From NCBI GenBank assembly GCA_041644975.1, contig JBAZQX010000008.1, positions 334 through 64,333 of the forward strand: 64,000 bases of DNA. The letters run 5' to 3'. Under the pieces are notes generated by a model. The model was given only the letters and a program-made list of their open reading frames with translations, had not been told where the DNA came from and did no database searches. The DNA comes from Candidatus Doudnabacteria bacterium (lineage in GTDB: Bacteria; Patescibacteriota; JAQUNI01). Positions 1 to 10,481 of the stretch are shown in pieces. Numbering within the stretch: position 1 is the first letter of the stretch; every line of letters begins with the position of its first letter. A program made the translations under genes and the position numbers.

Positions 1-30
1 GAAAAAGAAACAAAAGACCAAAGTCCTGCA

Positions 31-816
31 CTACCCAAGAAAGAGCAGTCCGCCAGAGAAGGAGTCGAGCGCATAGCCGAGAAGGCCAGTGTTGACAAAG
101 TTGAGCCTGTCGACGTGGGCCTTGAAGCAAAGCGAGCTGTCGACGGACTGCCAAGAAAACGCAGCAAGGTCAAAACCTAGGGTATACCAATCCCGAGCAA
201 GGACATCTGGATACATAATCATACCGATAACCACGTCTAGACCAGAGAGGATAAAACCCTCCGGTAAAGTCACCATCTGTTCCCGGTCAGCACAGATGGA
301 GAACCCTTGCAATGGGTTCGGAAAGTAAATCCCAACAACCGTTTTACTTTTCATCACTTCAATAAGTCGGTCATGGCGGCTTTCCGGAACGATTGAAACC
401 GCGTTCGTGAGAGTTCCCTTTCGGTAATTGTGGAACTCCCGATTCTTGAAGGTCTTCTTGTAGCTTTCGCCGGCGCTATCAAGATACCACTCTAACGTAT
501 TGCCGAGGTTATTAACCGACATCTGTGAAACAATAACCGGCAGATGAATGCCGTTGACAATGTTAGAAATTTGGGGGTCGCTCTGAATTATATTCAGCAG
601 GTGCTCGCTCTCATTCTTAAACTGCCCGACTGTGATATCAATCAACCCCTCCAGGCGAATAAAACGATTAGCATAGTCCTCCTCACTCGTCATCTGCGGC
701 TGAACAAGATGGTAATTTCTGTTCGCATCAGAGATCGCACTTTTAAGATCTTTAGTAATCCGACGACCATCTTTGTCAAAAAGTTCTTCTCCTTTCATCT
801 GAACCCTCCTTTGCAT
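31..816 (-). CDS. Hypothetical protein; C-terminus resembles a DGR variable region (possible target of another DGR)
   Basis: 261-aa ORF ending ...LNFVNTGLLGYALDSFSGGLLFLG; 26 of the 30 codons at 58-147 end in C/T and none end in A. Confidence 0.75.
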   Translation of the reverse strand: MQRRVQMKGEELFDKDGRRITKDLKSAISDANRNYHLVQPQMTSEEDYANRFIRLEGLIDITVGQFKNESEHLLNIIQSDPQISNIVNGIHLPVIVSQMSVNNLGNTLEWYLDSAGESYKKTFKNREFHNYRKGTLTNAVSIVPESRHDRLIEVMKSKTVVGIYFPNPLQGFSICADREQMVTLPEGFILSGLDVVIGMIMYPDVLARDWYTLGFDLAAFSWQSVDSSLCFKAHVDRLNFVNTGLLGYALDSFSGGLLFLG

Positions 817-986
817 GTTATTTATCTGTCTTTTGGTTCACCCCTACACGAGGTTTAAGATCTTTCCCTTTATGGAAAGAGTCCATATTATATACCCAAA
901 ATTGATTTCCGTCAAGCCCACCTTAAATTTCAGCTCAACTCAACAATTATCGGGCTAAAGTATAAATTCCCTATTGAAAAGTTAAA

Positions 987-3782
987 TTAAACTTCTATCT
1001 TCTTCATTGCCCCCCAATTTTTCCCCACGGATACTTCCACCTTTAAAGGCACTTTAAGTTTATACACCGCTTCCATAATCTTCTTGAATTTCCGCGCCCA
1101 TAATTCAGCCTTTGCGGTTTTAATTTCAAACAACAAGTCATCATGAACTTGGAGCAAAAGGCGGCATTCTTGAGCATCCTTCCGCATTATCTTGCGCACC
1201 GCGATCATCGCCATTTTAATGATATCCGCGGTCATTCCTTGGGAGGGCATATTAATCGCCATACGCTCGGCGGCTCGCACAATCTGCGCTTGGGAAGAAT
1301 GGATTTCCGGGAGCAAGCGCTTACGACCCAAAAGCGTTCGCACATAACCGTGTTTTTTCGCGAATTTGATCACTTTCTGCACATATTCTTCTAAAGAAGG
1401 ATAGCTTTCCAAATAACTTTCAATAAACTCCTCCGCCTGCTCGCGACTAATTTTTAAACTTTGCGCCAAGCCATAGGCGCTCATCCCATAGATTAAGCCG
1501 AAATTGATCGCTTTGGCGGCGCGGCGCATCCGCGGCGTCACGTCTTCAATGTTGACATTGTGAATTTTAGCCGCGGTGGCGGCGTGGATGTCTTGATCAT
1601 CCTGAAAAGCGGCAATAAGCTGCGAGTCGCCGGATAAATGGGCGACGACGCGCAAATCAATCTGGGAATAATCCAAAGCCACAAGGCTATATCCCTCTTC
1701 CGGCATAAAGGCTTTGCGAATACTATTTCCCAGTTTGGTCCGAATAGGAATATTCTGCAAATTCGGATTAGAAGAAGAAAGCCTGCCCGTAGCCGTAATG
1801 GTCTGATTGAAACTCGTATGCACCCTCCAGGTTTTAGGGTTAATTAAACGAGGCAGCGCCGCCACATAAGTGGATCTTAATTTATAGAGTTCCCGATATT
1901 GGGAGATTAAATCAATAATCGGATGCTTGGCGCGCAATTTCCCTAACTCTTCCGCCGCGGTAGAATAACCGGTTTTGGTTCTTTTAATCCCTAAGGTTGA
2001 TAAACCTAATTTATGGAATAAAATTTGCTCCAGTTCGCGCGTAGAATTGATATTAAATTCTTGTCCGGCTTGGTTGTAAATCCGCTTTTCAAAAAGGCGG
2101 ATCTTAACATTAATTTCCCAATCCAAATCTTTAAGATAATGCTGATCCACGCGGATCCCGTTCATTTCCATTTCCGCCAAAATTTTTACCAAAGGCATTT
2201 CTACGTCGCAAAACAGCTTTTCCAACCCTTCCGCCCGCAACTTCTTTTTCAGAATCGGCATCAACCTTAAAGTCATATCCGCATCTTCGCAAGCGTATTC
2301 CGCTATTTCAGGAAGACTTACTAAATTCATTGTAATTTGTTGCTTTCCTTTACCAATCAATGCCTCGGTCTTAATCTTCTCATGTCCTAATAAATTAAAA
2401 GAAAGAGCATCTAAAGAATGAGCGCGCGAGCCGGGAGACAAAAGATAAGAGGCGAGCATCGTGTCAAAGGAGATGCCCCGCATCTTAACGCCAGCACGCG
2501 TTAAAACAATATAATCATATTTTAAATTATGGCCGATTTTAGGCAAACTTTTATCTACTAAAACGGGTTTTAGAACTGCTAAAGCGCTTTTGCCGTCATA
2601 AAACACTTCCTGATCCAGATAGCGCGCGGGAATATAAAAGGCTTGCCCCGCTTGAAAACAAATACTAACACCCACTAGCTCTGCCAACATTGGCTTCTCG
2701 CTCGTGGTCTCGGTGTCAATACAAAAACCATTTTTTGACTTCTGGAGCTGAACAACTAAATTGTTCAGCTCGGCATAACTCTTGATGACCCTGTAATCGC
2801 AGCCTTTCTTTTTAGTTTTTACTTGGGGACTACGCGCGGATTCTGAAAGTCGCTCACTTTGGGGCACCTTGGAAATTAAACTCTGAAACTCTAATTCGCG
2901 GAAAAGATTCAAAACCTTTTGCCGCTCAAAATCAACAAGAATGCACTTTTGTAAATCTAATTTTAAAGGCATATCTTGAATAATAGTGCCTAGTTTTTTG
3001 CTTAAGAAAGAATCTTTTTTGTATTTCCTTAAATTCTCCAAAAGCTTGCCTTTTAATTCTAAACCTTTGTACTTTAATTTCTCTTCTTCGGGATGTTGAT
3101 CTAAAAAGGTATAAAGATTTTCTATAGAGCGAAAGGCTTTTAAAATTTGGATGGCGCTTTTCTCGCCCACCTTGTAAACTCCAGGAATATTGTCTGAAGC
3201 GTCCCCGGCTAAACCCTTGAAATCGGGTAATTGTTCGGGGCTAAGGCCGTAGCGTTCCCGCACCATTTTCTCATCATAAAGCACCGTATCTTTAACACCT
3301 TTGCGTAAAGTAAAAACCTGTGTATGATCGTCCACGAGCTGCAAAGCGTCCAAATCCCCAGTCACAACGATGGTTTGGATATCTTTGTTTTTCTGTTCAA
3401 TCCGCCGCGCCAGAGTGCCAATTAAATCATCAGCTTCAAAGCCTTTTTTGGCAAAAATGGGGATATTAAAAGCGCGCAATAACTCTTTAACCCGCGGAAT
3501 TTGGGCATAAAGTTCATCCGCGCCTTTCACTCTATGCGCCTTATACAAATCCGAGGCTTTATGACGAAAGGTGGGCGCAGCCAAATCAAAACAAGCGGCG
3601 ATATAATCTGGTTTTAATTTTGCCAAAACATTTAAAAAAACCAAAGTAAAGCCATAAACCGCGTTCACAATCTCGCCGCTCTTCGTCGTCATTGTCATCG
3701 GCAAGGCATGAAACCCGCGGTGCACTAAAGCGTTAGAATCAATGAGAACAAATTTTTTTAGTCTTTTAGCTTCTTTTATCAT
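987..3782 (-). CDS. polA: DNA polymerase I
   Basis: 5'-3' exonuclease N-terminus (LIDSNAL, GFEADDLIGTL), 3'-5' exonuclease DTETT, polymerase motifs DYSQIDLRV, KAINFGLIYG, LLQVHDDL; ATG at 3782 preferred over the ORF-track start 3830. Confidence 0.97.
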   Translation of the reverse strand: MIKEAKRLKKFVLIDSNALVHRGFHALPMTMTTKSGEIVNAVYGFTLVFLNVLAKLKPDYIAACFDLAAPTFRHKASDLYKAHRVKGADELYAQIPRVKELLRAFNIPIFAKKGFEADDLIGTLARRIEQKNKDIQTIVVTGDLDALQLVDDHTQVFTLRKGVKDTVLYDEKMVRERYGLSPEQLPDFKGLAGDASDNIPGVYKVGEKSAIQILKAFRSIENLYTFLDQHPEEEKLKYKGLELKGKLLENLRKYKKDSFLSKKLGTIIQDMPLKLDLQKCILVDFERQKVLNLFRELEFQSLISKVPQSERLSESARSPQVKTKKKGCDYRVIKSYAELNNLVVQLQKSKNGFCIDTETTSEKPMLAELVGVSICFQAGQAFYIPARYLDQEVFYDGKSALAVLKPVLVDKSLPKIGHNLKYDYIVLTRAGVKMRGISFDTMLASYLLSPGSRAHSLDALSFNLLGHEKIKTEALIGKGKQQITMNLVSLPEIAEYACEDADMTLRLMPILKKKLRAEGLEKLFCDVEMPLVKILAEMEMNGIRVDQHYLKDLDWEINVKIRLFEKRIYNQAGQEFNINSTRELEQILFHKLGLSTLGIKRTKTGYSTAAEELGKLRAKHPIIDLISQYRELYKLRSTYVAALPRLINPKTWRVHTSFNQTITATGRLSSSNPNLQNIPIRTKLGNSIRKAFMPEEGYSLVALDYSQIDLRVVAHLSGDSQLIAAFQDDQDIHAATAAKIHNVNIEDVTPRMRRAAKAINFGLIYGMSAYGLAQSLKISREQAEEFIESYLESYPSLEEYVQKVIKFAKKHGYVRTLLGRKRLLPEIHSSQAQIVRAAERMAINMPSQGMTADIIKMAMIAVRKIMRKDAQECRLLLQVHDDLLFEIKTAKAELWARKFKKIMEAVYKLKVPLKVEVSVGKNWGAMKKIEV

Positions 3783-4590
3783 TGACCACTCCTTTGGAAT
3801 TGTTAAACACAAAATAATCAAGAATTTCAATCACGCCATACGGCCATTTATCGCGCGCCACAACCTCCGCCCCCTCTTTGACTTTCTCCGCGGCATTATC
3901 CGGCGCTCCTGAATGACCAGCCACCGCGAACATCTCTAAATCCGCTGTGCTATCGCCAATGGCGACCATGTTTTCTCTGGCGACCGCATTCAATTCGCTC
4001 AAATATATAGCTCCTGCCCTCTTGCCCAAACCCTTCGCCACAAAATCCACGGCTGAAGCGCCATGCGTAAAATCAAATAAATTTTTAAAAACAATCGGCG
4101 AAGCTTCATCCTGGCCCTGAAAAATCTTTTTTACTTCTTCAAAAAAATCCTCAATTTTCGTCCCTGCCGGCGCCGCGATGGTGCGGCAAATCTTTTTATC
4201 CTCCTTTTGTCCTCCTAGTTTGAACAACGCCGGGGCTATCTCGCGATCAAAAAGCTCTAGAGCGCGTAAAACTTCCTCTGTAATCAAAGGGTGATATTTT
4301 AATTCCCAATTTTCGTGCCGCCGAAAAATCCCGCCATTTTCAAAACAGGACCAGAGCTCCGGATTAGTCTCTTTGAAACCTAAAGACTCAATTGCCGCAT
4401 AGCCATAATCATCTCCTCGGCCCGTAGCCAGTACAAAACCCCATTCACTTGCTTTTTTGTGGACTTCTTTAATTTTATTTTTTAGCTCCAGCATCCCTTC
4501 TAAATTCCACGGCTCGCCCGGTCCGCCTACGCCGTTCACGCTCCCATCCCAATCCAGAAGAAATAGTTTTTTGATTTCATTTTTTCTCAT
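3766..4590 (-). CDS. HAD-superfamily hydrolase (Cof/SPP-like phosphatase)
   Basis: LLDWDG motif I, ATGR motif II, GLGK and IGDSTADLEM motifs III/IV. Confidence 0.85.
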   Translation of the reverse strand: MRKNEIKKLFLLDWDGSVNGVGGPGEPWNLEGMLELKNKIKEVHKKASEWGFVLATGRGDDYGYAAIESLGFKETNPELWSCFENGGIFRRHENWELKYHPLITEEVLRALELFDREIAPALFKLGGQKEDKKICRTIAAPAGTKIEDFFEEVKKIFQGQDEASPIVFKNLFDFTHGASAVDFVAKGLGKRAGAIYLSELNAVARENMVAIGDSTADLEMFAVAGHSGAPDNAAEKVKEGAEVVARDKWPYGVIEILDYFVFNNSKGVVNDKRS

Positions 4591-4657
4591 TTTTTTAGTC
4601 TTATTTTCTTTTATTATACCATTTTAGCCAAAAATTGGGAATAAAAAAGGAGCTCTC

Positions 4658-5440
4658 TTATTGAGCTCCTATATATTCCACAAAAGATCTAATAACCCAT
4701 GCCGTTTCCAAGGGTGCGCTACCCTTATTCGGAGCATGGATTTTAGCAGCATCCCAAACCTCTTTAGCGTTTGTAAAAGGAGCTCCAGATTGCCCAACCG
4801 CTCCAAACACGGGGATGCCACTCTTTGCATCATCCACATAGATAACGTTTTGAGGATCAACACCATTCCGGTAACAAAGATCTAAAATATTTTTTTCCTT
4901 AGAACCACCAACTGGCCAAATATCTACGGCCGAATTGGTTCTCGTGCATTTCACAATCTCTGCAAGCTTGAGATCACCAATATAATCCTGGACAATTTTT
5001 AAAAGTTCATCCAGTGAACCACCATCCGGCGGATTATAGGTTAAGCAGACCTCCTTCTTTTCCTGTTTTCCGCCCCGTTTTTTTATTTCTGAAACAAGAG
5101 TTATATTCAGTATCTCACGCGCATCTAAATATTCTTGGGTAACGCAATCTGCATACTCACATAACCAAGATGGCGTGTGTTGCGCCATAATTAAGCCGCC
5201 CTCAAAACCAGACCAATGCCCAAAATGACTTTTTATCAACCCCAAGGCTTCGGAGATGGCGAATCCGTACTGCACACCACGCCCAGTTAGTAAACAAACA
5301 CTAAAACTCGTCGGAACTTCTGCAATTGTTTTGGCAAGTTCTGCCATCCCTACCAAATCCCATAGTATCCCAGGACCGCCGGTACGACTATTACAACAAC
5401 CATCGAAATCTAAAACTACAGAGTACTTTATCTCTTTCAT
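4658..5440 (-). CDS. HAD-superfamily hydrolase, paralog of the adjacent gene
   Basis: VLDFDG, LTGR, GSK and YVDDAKSG motifs; shares GGPG..W.L.GM.EL with 3766-4590. Confidence 0.8.
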   Translation of the reverse strand: MKEIKYSVVLDFDGCCNSRTGGPGILWDLVGMAELAKTIAEVPTSFSVCLLTGRGVQYGFAISEALGLIKSHFGHWSGFEGGLIMAQHTPSWLCEYADCVTQEYLDAREILNITLVSEIKKRGGKQEKKEVCLTYNPPDGGSLDELLKIVQDYIGDLKLAEIVKCTRTNSAVDIWPVGGSKEKNILDLCYRNGVDPQNVIYVDDAKSGIPVFGAVGQSGAPFTNAKEVWDAAKIHAPNKGSAPLETAWVIRSFVEYIGAQ

Positions 5441-5493
5441 CGTCTCTTTCCTCCATTCAAATTAAGGCCATTCAAACCATTTAACAACTTAAA

Positions 5494-5516
5494 AGAGCCT
5501 CCCAACAAGGCTCTTT
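5494..5516. terminator. Hairpin, probable intrinsic terminator between tsaE and the HAD gene
   Basis: aaagagcct-cccaac-aaggctcttt inverted repeat with an adjacent A-tract. Confidence 0.5.
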
Positions 5517-5562
5517 ATGTTAACATAAATCAATTCTTATGCCAAATAAAACTCTTTGTTCA

Positions 5563-6003
5563 TTACGCGTTACTCGTTACTATAATTTCCCTCCTCCTCT
5601 CCTCTAAAATCTCAAATCTTATCTTAATTCTCCCTTGCGGCAAATATCCCGCGATCTTGTCCGCCCATTCTACTAAAACAATATTATTATCCCCCAAAAT
5701 TTCTTCCCACCCCAAAGCCAAAATCTCTTCTGGTTCGCGTAAACGATAGCAATCAAAATGGTAAAAATATTTTAAACCTTTCTTTTTTAATAAATACCTT
5801 TTCATCAAAACAAAACTCGGGCTTGTGATTTTTTCTTTGATACCTAATCCAGCCGCGAAACCTTGAGCGAAAGTGGTTTTTCCACCGCCCAAATCTCCGG
5901 AAAGGCAAATCAGAACACTATTCATCAAACTTTGCGCGAGAATCTCGCCAAGCTTTTTTGTCTTTTCAGGTGAATCAGTCAGGAATTCTTGTTTTAAACC
6001 CAT
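5563..6003 (-). CDS. tsaE: tRNA threonylcarbamoyladenosine biosynthesis ATPase
   Basis: LSGDLGGGKTTF, ITSPSF, YHFDCYRL, LVEWAD motifs. Confidence 0.95.
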   Translation of the reverse strand: MGLKQEFLTDSPEKTKKLGEILAQSLMNSVLICLSGDLGGGKTTFAQGFAAGLGIKEKITSPSFVLMKRYLLKKKGLKYFYHFDCYRLREPEEILALGWEEILGDNNIVLVEWADKIAGYLPQGRIKIRFEILEERRREIIVTSNA

Positions 6004-6812
6004 AGGCTAAAAATAATTGCTAAAAAACCAACCACAAATAAATAATACGCGAATATGTTGAGCTTATGCTGACTTAAATAGGACATTAAAAACCGAATAC
6101 TTAAATAGCCAACAACACAAGCAGTCAAAAAACCAATAGCCAACATTGGTAATTTAATTCCCACCAACACATTATAATTTTTTACCAAATCATAGACAGT
6201 CGCTCCCAAAATCGCGGGAACGGCCAAAAGGAATGAGACTTCGGCCGCTTCGCGGCGGGCGAGCTTGCGGCTCATCCCAGCCGCGATTGTCGTTCCAGAA
6301 CGCGATACGCCAGGAAGCAGCGCAATACTTTGGATTAAACCGATAACAAAATAATCTTTCAATGATAATACTTCTTTCGAACGCGCTTCCTGTTTCTTGC
6401 TTCTCCACCATTCAATGGTAATAAATCCTATACCCGCCAGAATCATCAAAATCCCCACGGCAAAAGCGGAACGAAAATATTGATCAATTATTTTTTCACT
6501 AAAATAACCTACAACTATAGCGGGGATAGTGCCGATTATAATTCCAAAAGCGAGCTTTCGGGCAGTTGCTTCCCATTTGAAAAATCCGACTATCAGCTTT
6601 TGCCAAGTTTTCCAAAAATAAAAAAGGATCGCCACCAATGTTCCAAAATGAAGAATTATATCAAAACTCAAGCCGCTGTCCGCCCAACCGAGAAACTGGG
6701 GCACTAAAATCAAATGCCCCGAGCTGGAAACCGGAATAAATTCTGTAACGCCCTGGACAGCGCCTAAAATAATCACTTGCCAAAGATTCATTGTTTTATT
6801 GCCGCCCTGCAC
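5994..6812 (-). CDS. uppP: Undecaprenyl-diphosphate phosphatase
   Basis: QGVTEFIPVSSSGHL and PGVSRSGTTI signatures; true start may be MNLWQ at about 6791. Confidence 0.95.
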   Translation of the reverse strand: MQGGNKTMNLWQVIILGAVQGVTEFIPVSSSGHLILVPQFLGWADSGLSFDIILHFGTLVAILFYFWKTWQKLIVGFFKWEATARKLAFGIIIGTIPAIVVGYFSEKIIDQYFRSAFAVGILMILAGIGFITIEWWRSKKQEARSKEVLSLKDYFVIGLIQSIALLPGVSRSGTTIAAGMSRKLARREAAEVSFLLAVPAILGATVYDLVKNYNVLVGIKLPMLAIGFLTACVVGYLSIRFLMSYLSQHKLNIFAYYLFVVGFLAIIFSLWV

Positions 6813-7077
6813 CCTGCGTGGTTCAGGGTTATTATTTAATTGCTCTCTCTATAGAAGCTTCCTTATTAATCTTACCTAAAAATTAAGAAGATGACAAAAT
6901 TCTAATTATAGTTTTCCATTTTGCCTGCCCCGCTCGCCTTTAACCTGTCTGTCAGTTTATATTACTTAGCAAATATAAATGAGCAGTTATCGGTAGACTA
7001 TTTAACGCGAGGCGGGCCGGGGAATTTTAAATTTATTTTACCCATTTGACACCTTCAATGAGATGCGATAAATTAAA

Positions 7078-8265
7078 GTGATAAACATTTTTAAAAAAGC
7101 CAAAAGCACCATGGAACTCACTCCTCAAGAACAAATCAAAAAAATTATTGAGCCAAGCAAAGAAATCTTATTAATTGCCGAAGCTCAAAATAGCATTGAT
7201 TCGCTGTCTAGTCTCCTCGCCTTCCATCTCTTCCTGAATAAAATAGGTAAAAAAAACGACCCGATAGCGCAAGTGGAAAAAATGAAAGACCTGGATTTTT
7301 TACCTGCTTTTTCTGCCCTCAAATCTAATTTAAAAGGCGCTAAGGACTTTATTATTTCTCTAGATATCAGTCGAACAAAGGTAGAGCAGTTTAAATATAG
7401 TATTAAGGATAATAAACTAAATATTTACATTACGCCCAGCAATGGTTACTTTGAACCCCGCGACATAGAAACAAAAAAAGGGAAGTCAAAATACGATTTA
7501 ATTATTACCCTCAATACCGCTACCTTAGAAAAATTGGGCAGCCTTTATGAAGAAAACGCGGAAATCTTCTATGAGTCCCCTCTTGTTAATATTGACTGTC
7601 ACCCGAATAATGAAAATTTCGGTGAAATCAATCTCGTAGATCCCGCTGTCTCCTCTACCTCGGAAATTCTATTTTCCCTCTTCCAGATCTTTGATCCTAA
7701 AAATATTACCCCGGAAATCGCTACCTGCCTATTGGCTGGTATTATCGGCATAACAGAGAGCTTCCAAGCCCAAAACACCACGCCAACGGCTTTTACCACC
7801 GCCGCCAAATTAGTGGAGATGGGAGCAAACAGGGAAATAATTATTCATCATTTTTATAAAACACGTCCCTTATCTCACCTCCGCCTTTGGGGCAGAACCT
7901 TGGCGCGTCTTAAAACCGCGGCGGAACAAAGAGTAATCTGGTCGCTCCTTTCTCCCGTGGATTTTGAAAAATCAAAAAGTGAAGCTTCCCATCTGGATCA
8001 AATTTTATCCGATCTCAAAAATAATACCGCGAAGTCAGAAATCGTCTTCCTCCTCGCGGAAGATAAACCGAACTCCTTCCATCTGAAAATCAAAAAGGTG
8101 AACAAAAATATTGATTTGAAAAATCTTGAGAAAATATTTAAAGAACAAGGCTTCCAAGTAAAGGAAAATCCCGAGGATTTGATTTCTTTCACGAAAAGTG
8201 AAGGTATTCTAGCCAACCTAGAACAAGATATCCTGAATGTGATTAAAGGAATCTTGCCCGCTTAA
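7078..8265 (+). CDS. DHH-family phosphoesterase-like protein with degenerate motifs
   Basis: NIDCHPNNENFGEINLVD, SSTSEIL and IATCLLAGI match the DHH/NrnA scaffold, but DHH reads DCH. Confidence 0.75.
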   Translation: MINIFKKAKSTMELTPQEQIKKIIEPSKEILLIAEAQNSIDSLSSLLAFHLFLNKIGKKNDPIAQVEKMKDLDFLPAFSALKSNLKGAKDFIISLDISRTKVEQFKYSIKDNKLNIYITPSNGYFEPRDIETKKGKSKYDLIITLNTATLEKLGSLYEENAEIFYESPLVNIDCHPNNENFGEINLVDPAVSSTSEILFSLFQIFDPKNITPEIATCLLAGIIGITESFQAQNTTPTAFTTAAKLVEMGANREIIIHHFYKTRPLSHLRLWGRTLARLKTAAEQRVIWSLLSPVDFEKSKSEASHLDQILSDLKNNTAKSEIVFLLAEDKPNSFHLKIKKVNKNIDLKNLEKIFKEQGFQVKENPEDLISFTKSEGILANLEQDILNVIKGILPA

Positions 8266-8427
8266 AATATACAGGCCTTCTACATAACGGCAAGAGGTGA
8301 GAAAAAAGGAAGGTCTTTTTGTTTTTTTAAAAAAAGGTATAATAAATATAAGACGCTCGCCTGCCGGCGAGACAGGAAGAGCAGTCAGACCACGGGCGTG
8401 AGCCCGTGGAGCTTCACTTTACATTTT

Positions 8428-8554
8428 ACCCCGTTAGAGAAAGTGCATCCCATTACAAATTCATTTGTAATGGGATAGTCATTACCACTTAAAACTGACC
8501 CCGTTAGAAATAAATTTCTAAAAGGGGTTAGAGAACGAAGTTCTCTAACGGGGT
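8428..8554. repeat. Palindromic REP-like repeat family A (accccgttagagaa...ttctctaacggggt)
   Basis: Nested inverted repeats; related copies at 10247-10394, 17140-17171, 19729-19821 and 21043-21073. Confidence 0.85.
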
Positions 8555-8569
8555 TTACGCTTTTATATT

Positions 8570-10228
8570 ATGTCCGAAGATATCCAAAATCAACAATCCC
8601 AAGACGTTACCGAGCTTTTCAACACCGTGGAAGAAAAAAGCATTAGCTTTGAAGAAAAAAGGATTAAAGCCATGGCGTTAAAAAATAGAATGCCCTACAT
8701 TAATCTGCAAAAGCTGGCGATTGAATCTGAAGCTTTAACCTTGATTTCTAAAGCTGAAAGCGTAAAAGGCCAAATCATCTGTTTCTATAAAAGTAAGGAT
8801 GTTTTAAGGTTGGGCATTACTGATCCTCACAACCAAGCCGCTTTAAGTGTTATTGAGACGTTAAAAAAACAATATCAATGCATTATTTACCTCATTTCGG
8901 AAGCCAGTTTTGAACACGCCATTTCCCTTTATCCGCTCACGGTTGGTGAAATCAAAAGTCCGCTTGCGGAAGAAGAAAAAATTAGAATCACCTCGGATTT
9001 AATCGCGGGAGCCTCTTCGGAACTAGAATCCTGGCAAGCCTTGGGGCCGGCTCTCATCAACAAAAATACTGAAGAAATTATTAGTCTCCTTATTGCGCGG
9101 GGTATTGGGGCAAGAGCGAGCGACATCCACCTAGAGCCTAAAGAAAATGAAGTGGTTCTGCGCCTCCGCATTGATGGAATTATGCGCGACATCATTGCCT
9201 TCTCCCCTCAGATTTACCCCCGTATTCTTTCGCGAATAAAATTAATCGGGGGACTAAAATTAAATGTCAGAAAAATGCCCCAAGATGGCCGATTCACTGT
9301 TTATCAAAATCACGCAGAAATTGACATTCGGGTTTCTAGCCTGCCCACTAATTACGGGGAGGCAATTACCCTGCGCCTGCTTGGCCTTGATCGTGATTAC
9401 CTGCTCAAGATTGAAAACTTAGGCATCGCCGAGGAAGAATTAAAAATCGTAAAAACCGACCTCGGCAAAACTAGCGGGATGATTTTGCTCACCGGCGCCA
9501 CAGGCTCCGGAAAAACCACTACCCTTTACGCTTTTTTAAGCCACAGAAAGACACCCGAGATTAAAATTATGACCCTAGAAGATCCTATTGAATATCGTCT
9601 TGAGGGAATTTCTCAAATTCAGATTAATGAAAGAGAGGGCCTTACTTTCGCTCGGGCGCTGCGCGGCGTGTTAAGGCAAGATCCTGATGTAATTATGGTC
9701 GGTGAAATCAGAGATCCGGAAACCGCGGAGATCACCATTCGCGCCGCCACCACCGGACATACAGTCCTTTCTACCCTCCATGCCGGTTCTACTTCAGAGA
9801 TTATTACGCAACTAAGCAATATGGGAGCAGACCCGCAAAACCTCTCCAACGTCTTAAATCTATTAATCAACCAAAAATTGGTGCGCCGTCTTTGCCAAGA
9901 GTGCCGCAAGCCTTACGATGTCTCTCCGGAACTTTATGAAAAGATTAAAAAAGTCGCCCAAAACAAAATATCCCTGCCAGAAAAATTAACTCTCTTTAAG
10001 CCCAAAGGGTGTGCACTTTGCGAAAATATCGGCTATAAGGGACAGGTCGGCATCTTTGAAATTATGCATATTTCCAGGATAATTCGCAAATTAATTGCGA
10101 GTCGCAGCGCGCCCGAAGAAATTTATAGCGAGGCTATTCAAGGAGGAATGTTTACCTTGATCCAAGACGGTTTGCGCAAGGTGGTACGGGGCGATACCAC
10201 CTTGGAAGAATTAAAAAGAGTAAGTTAA
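8570..10228 (+). CDS. GspE/PilB-family type IV pilus / type II secretion assembly ATPase
   Basis: ASDIHLEP, PQDGRF, Walker A GATGSGKTTTL, LRQDPDVIMVGEIRD, TGHTVLSTLH, two CxxC motifs. Confidence 0.93.
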   Translation: MSEDIQNQQSQDVTELFNTVEEKSISFEEKRIKAMALKNRMPYINLQKLAIESEALTLISKAESVKGQIICFYKSKDVLRLGITDPHNQAALSVIETLKKQYQCIIYLISEASFEHAISLYPLTVGEIKSPLAEEEKIRITSDLIAGASSELESWQALGPALINKNTEEIISLLIARGIGARASDIHLEPKENEVVLRLRIDGIMRDIIAFSPQIYPRILSRIKLIGGLKLNVRKMPQDGRFTVYQNHAEIDIRVSSLPTNYGEAITLRLLGLDRDYLLKIENLGIAEEELKIVKTDLGKTSGMILLTGATGSGKTTTLYAFLSHRKTPEIKIMTLEDPIEYRLEGISQIQINEREGLTFARALRGVLRQDPDVIMVGEIRDPETAEITIRAATTGHTVLSTLHAGSTSEIITQLSNMGADPQNLSNVLNLLINQKLVRRLCQECRKPYDVSPELYEKIKKVAQNKISLPEKLTLFKPKGCALCENIGYKGQVGIFEIMHISRIIRKLIASRSAPEEIYSEAIQGGMFTLIQDGLRKVVRGDTTLEELKRVS

Positions 10229-10246
10229 GCGATATTCATCGCCTTT

Positions 10247-10394
10247 ACCCCGTTAGAGAAAGCCACCGATTTTAATCGGTGGTCATTACCGCTTAAAGTT
10301 GGCGATGGCTTAACGCCACCGTCAGTGCAAACCGTTAGCCCCGTTAGAAATAAATTTCTAAACTGGGTTAGAGAACGAGGTTCTCTAACGGGGT
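10247..10394. repeat. REP-like repeat family A copy
   Basis: Same terminal arms as 8428-8554 with a different internal hairpin. Confidence 0.85.
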
Positions 10395-10481
10395 TTACTT
10401 GCGGAGCGCGGAGCAGGGTCTCCAAAAAATGAAACTTTTTAGGGTTCACTGTTACCCCTTATTATCCGAAATAGATGTTAG

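Noticed and set aside
89-2270. Short plus-strand ORFs opposite the first gene and polA, and similar antisense ORFs across the window
   Set aside because: They overlap well-supported genes on the other strand and have no recognisable motifs
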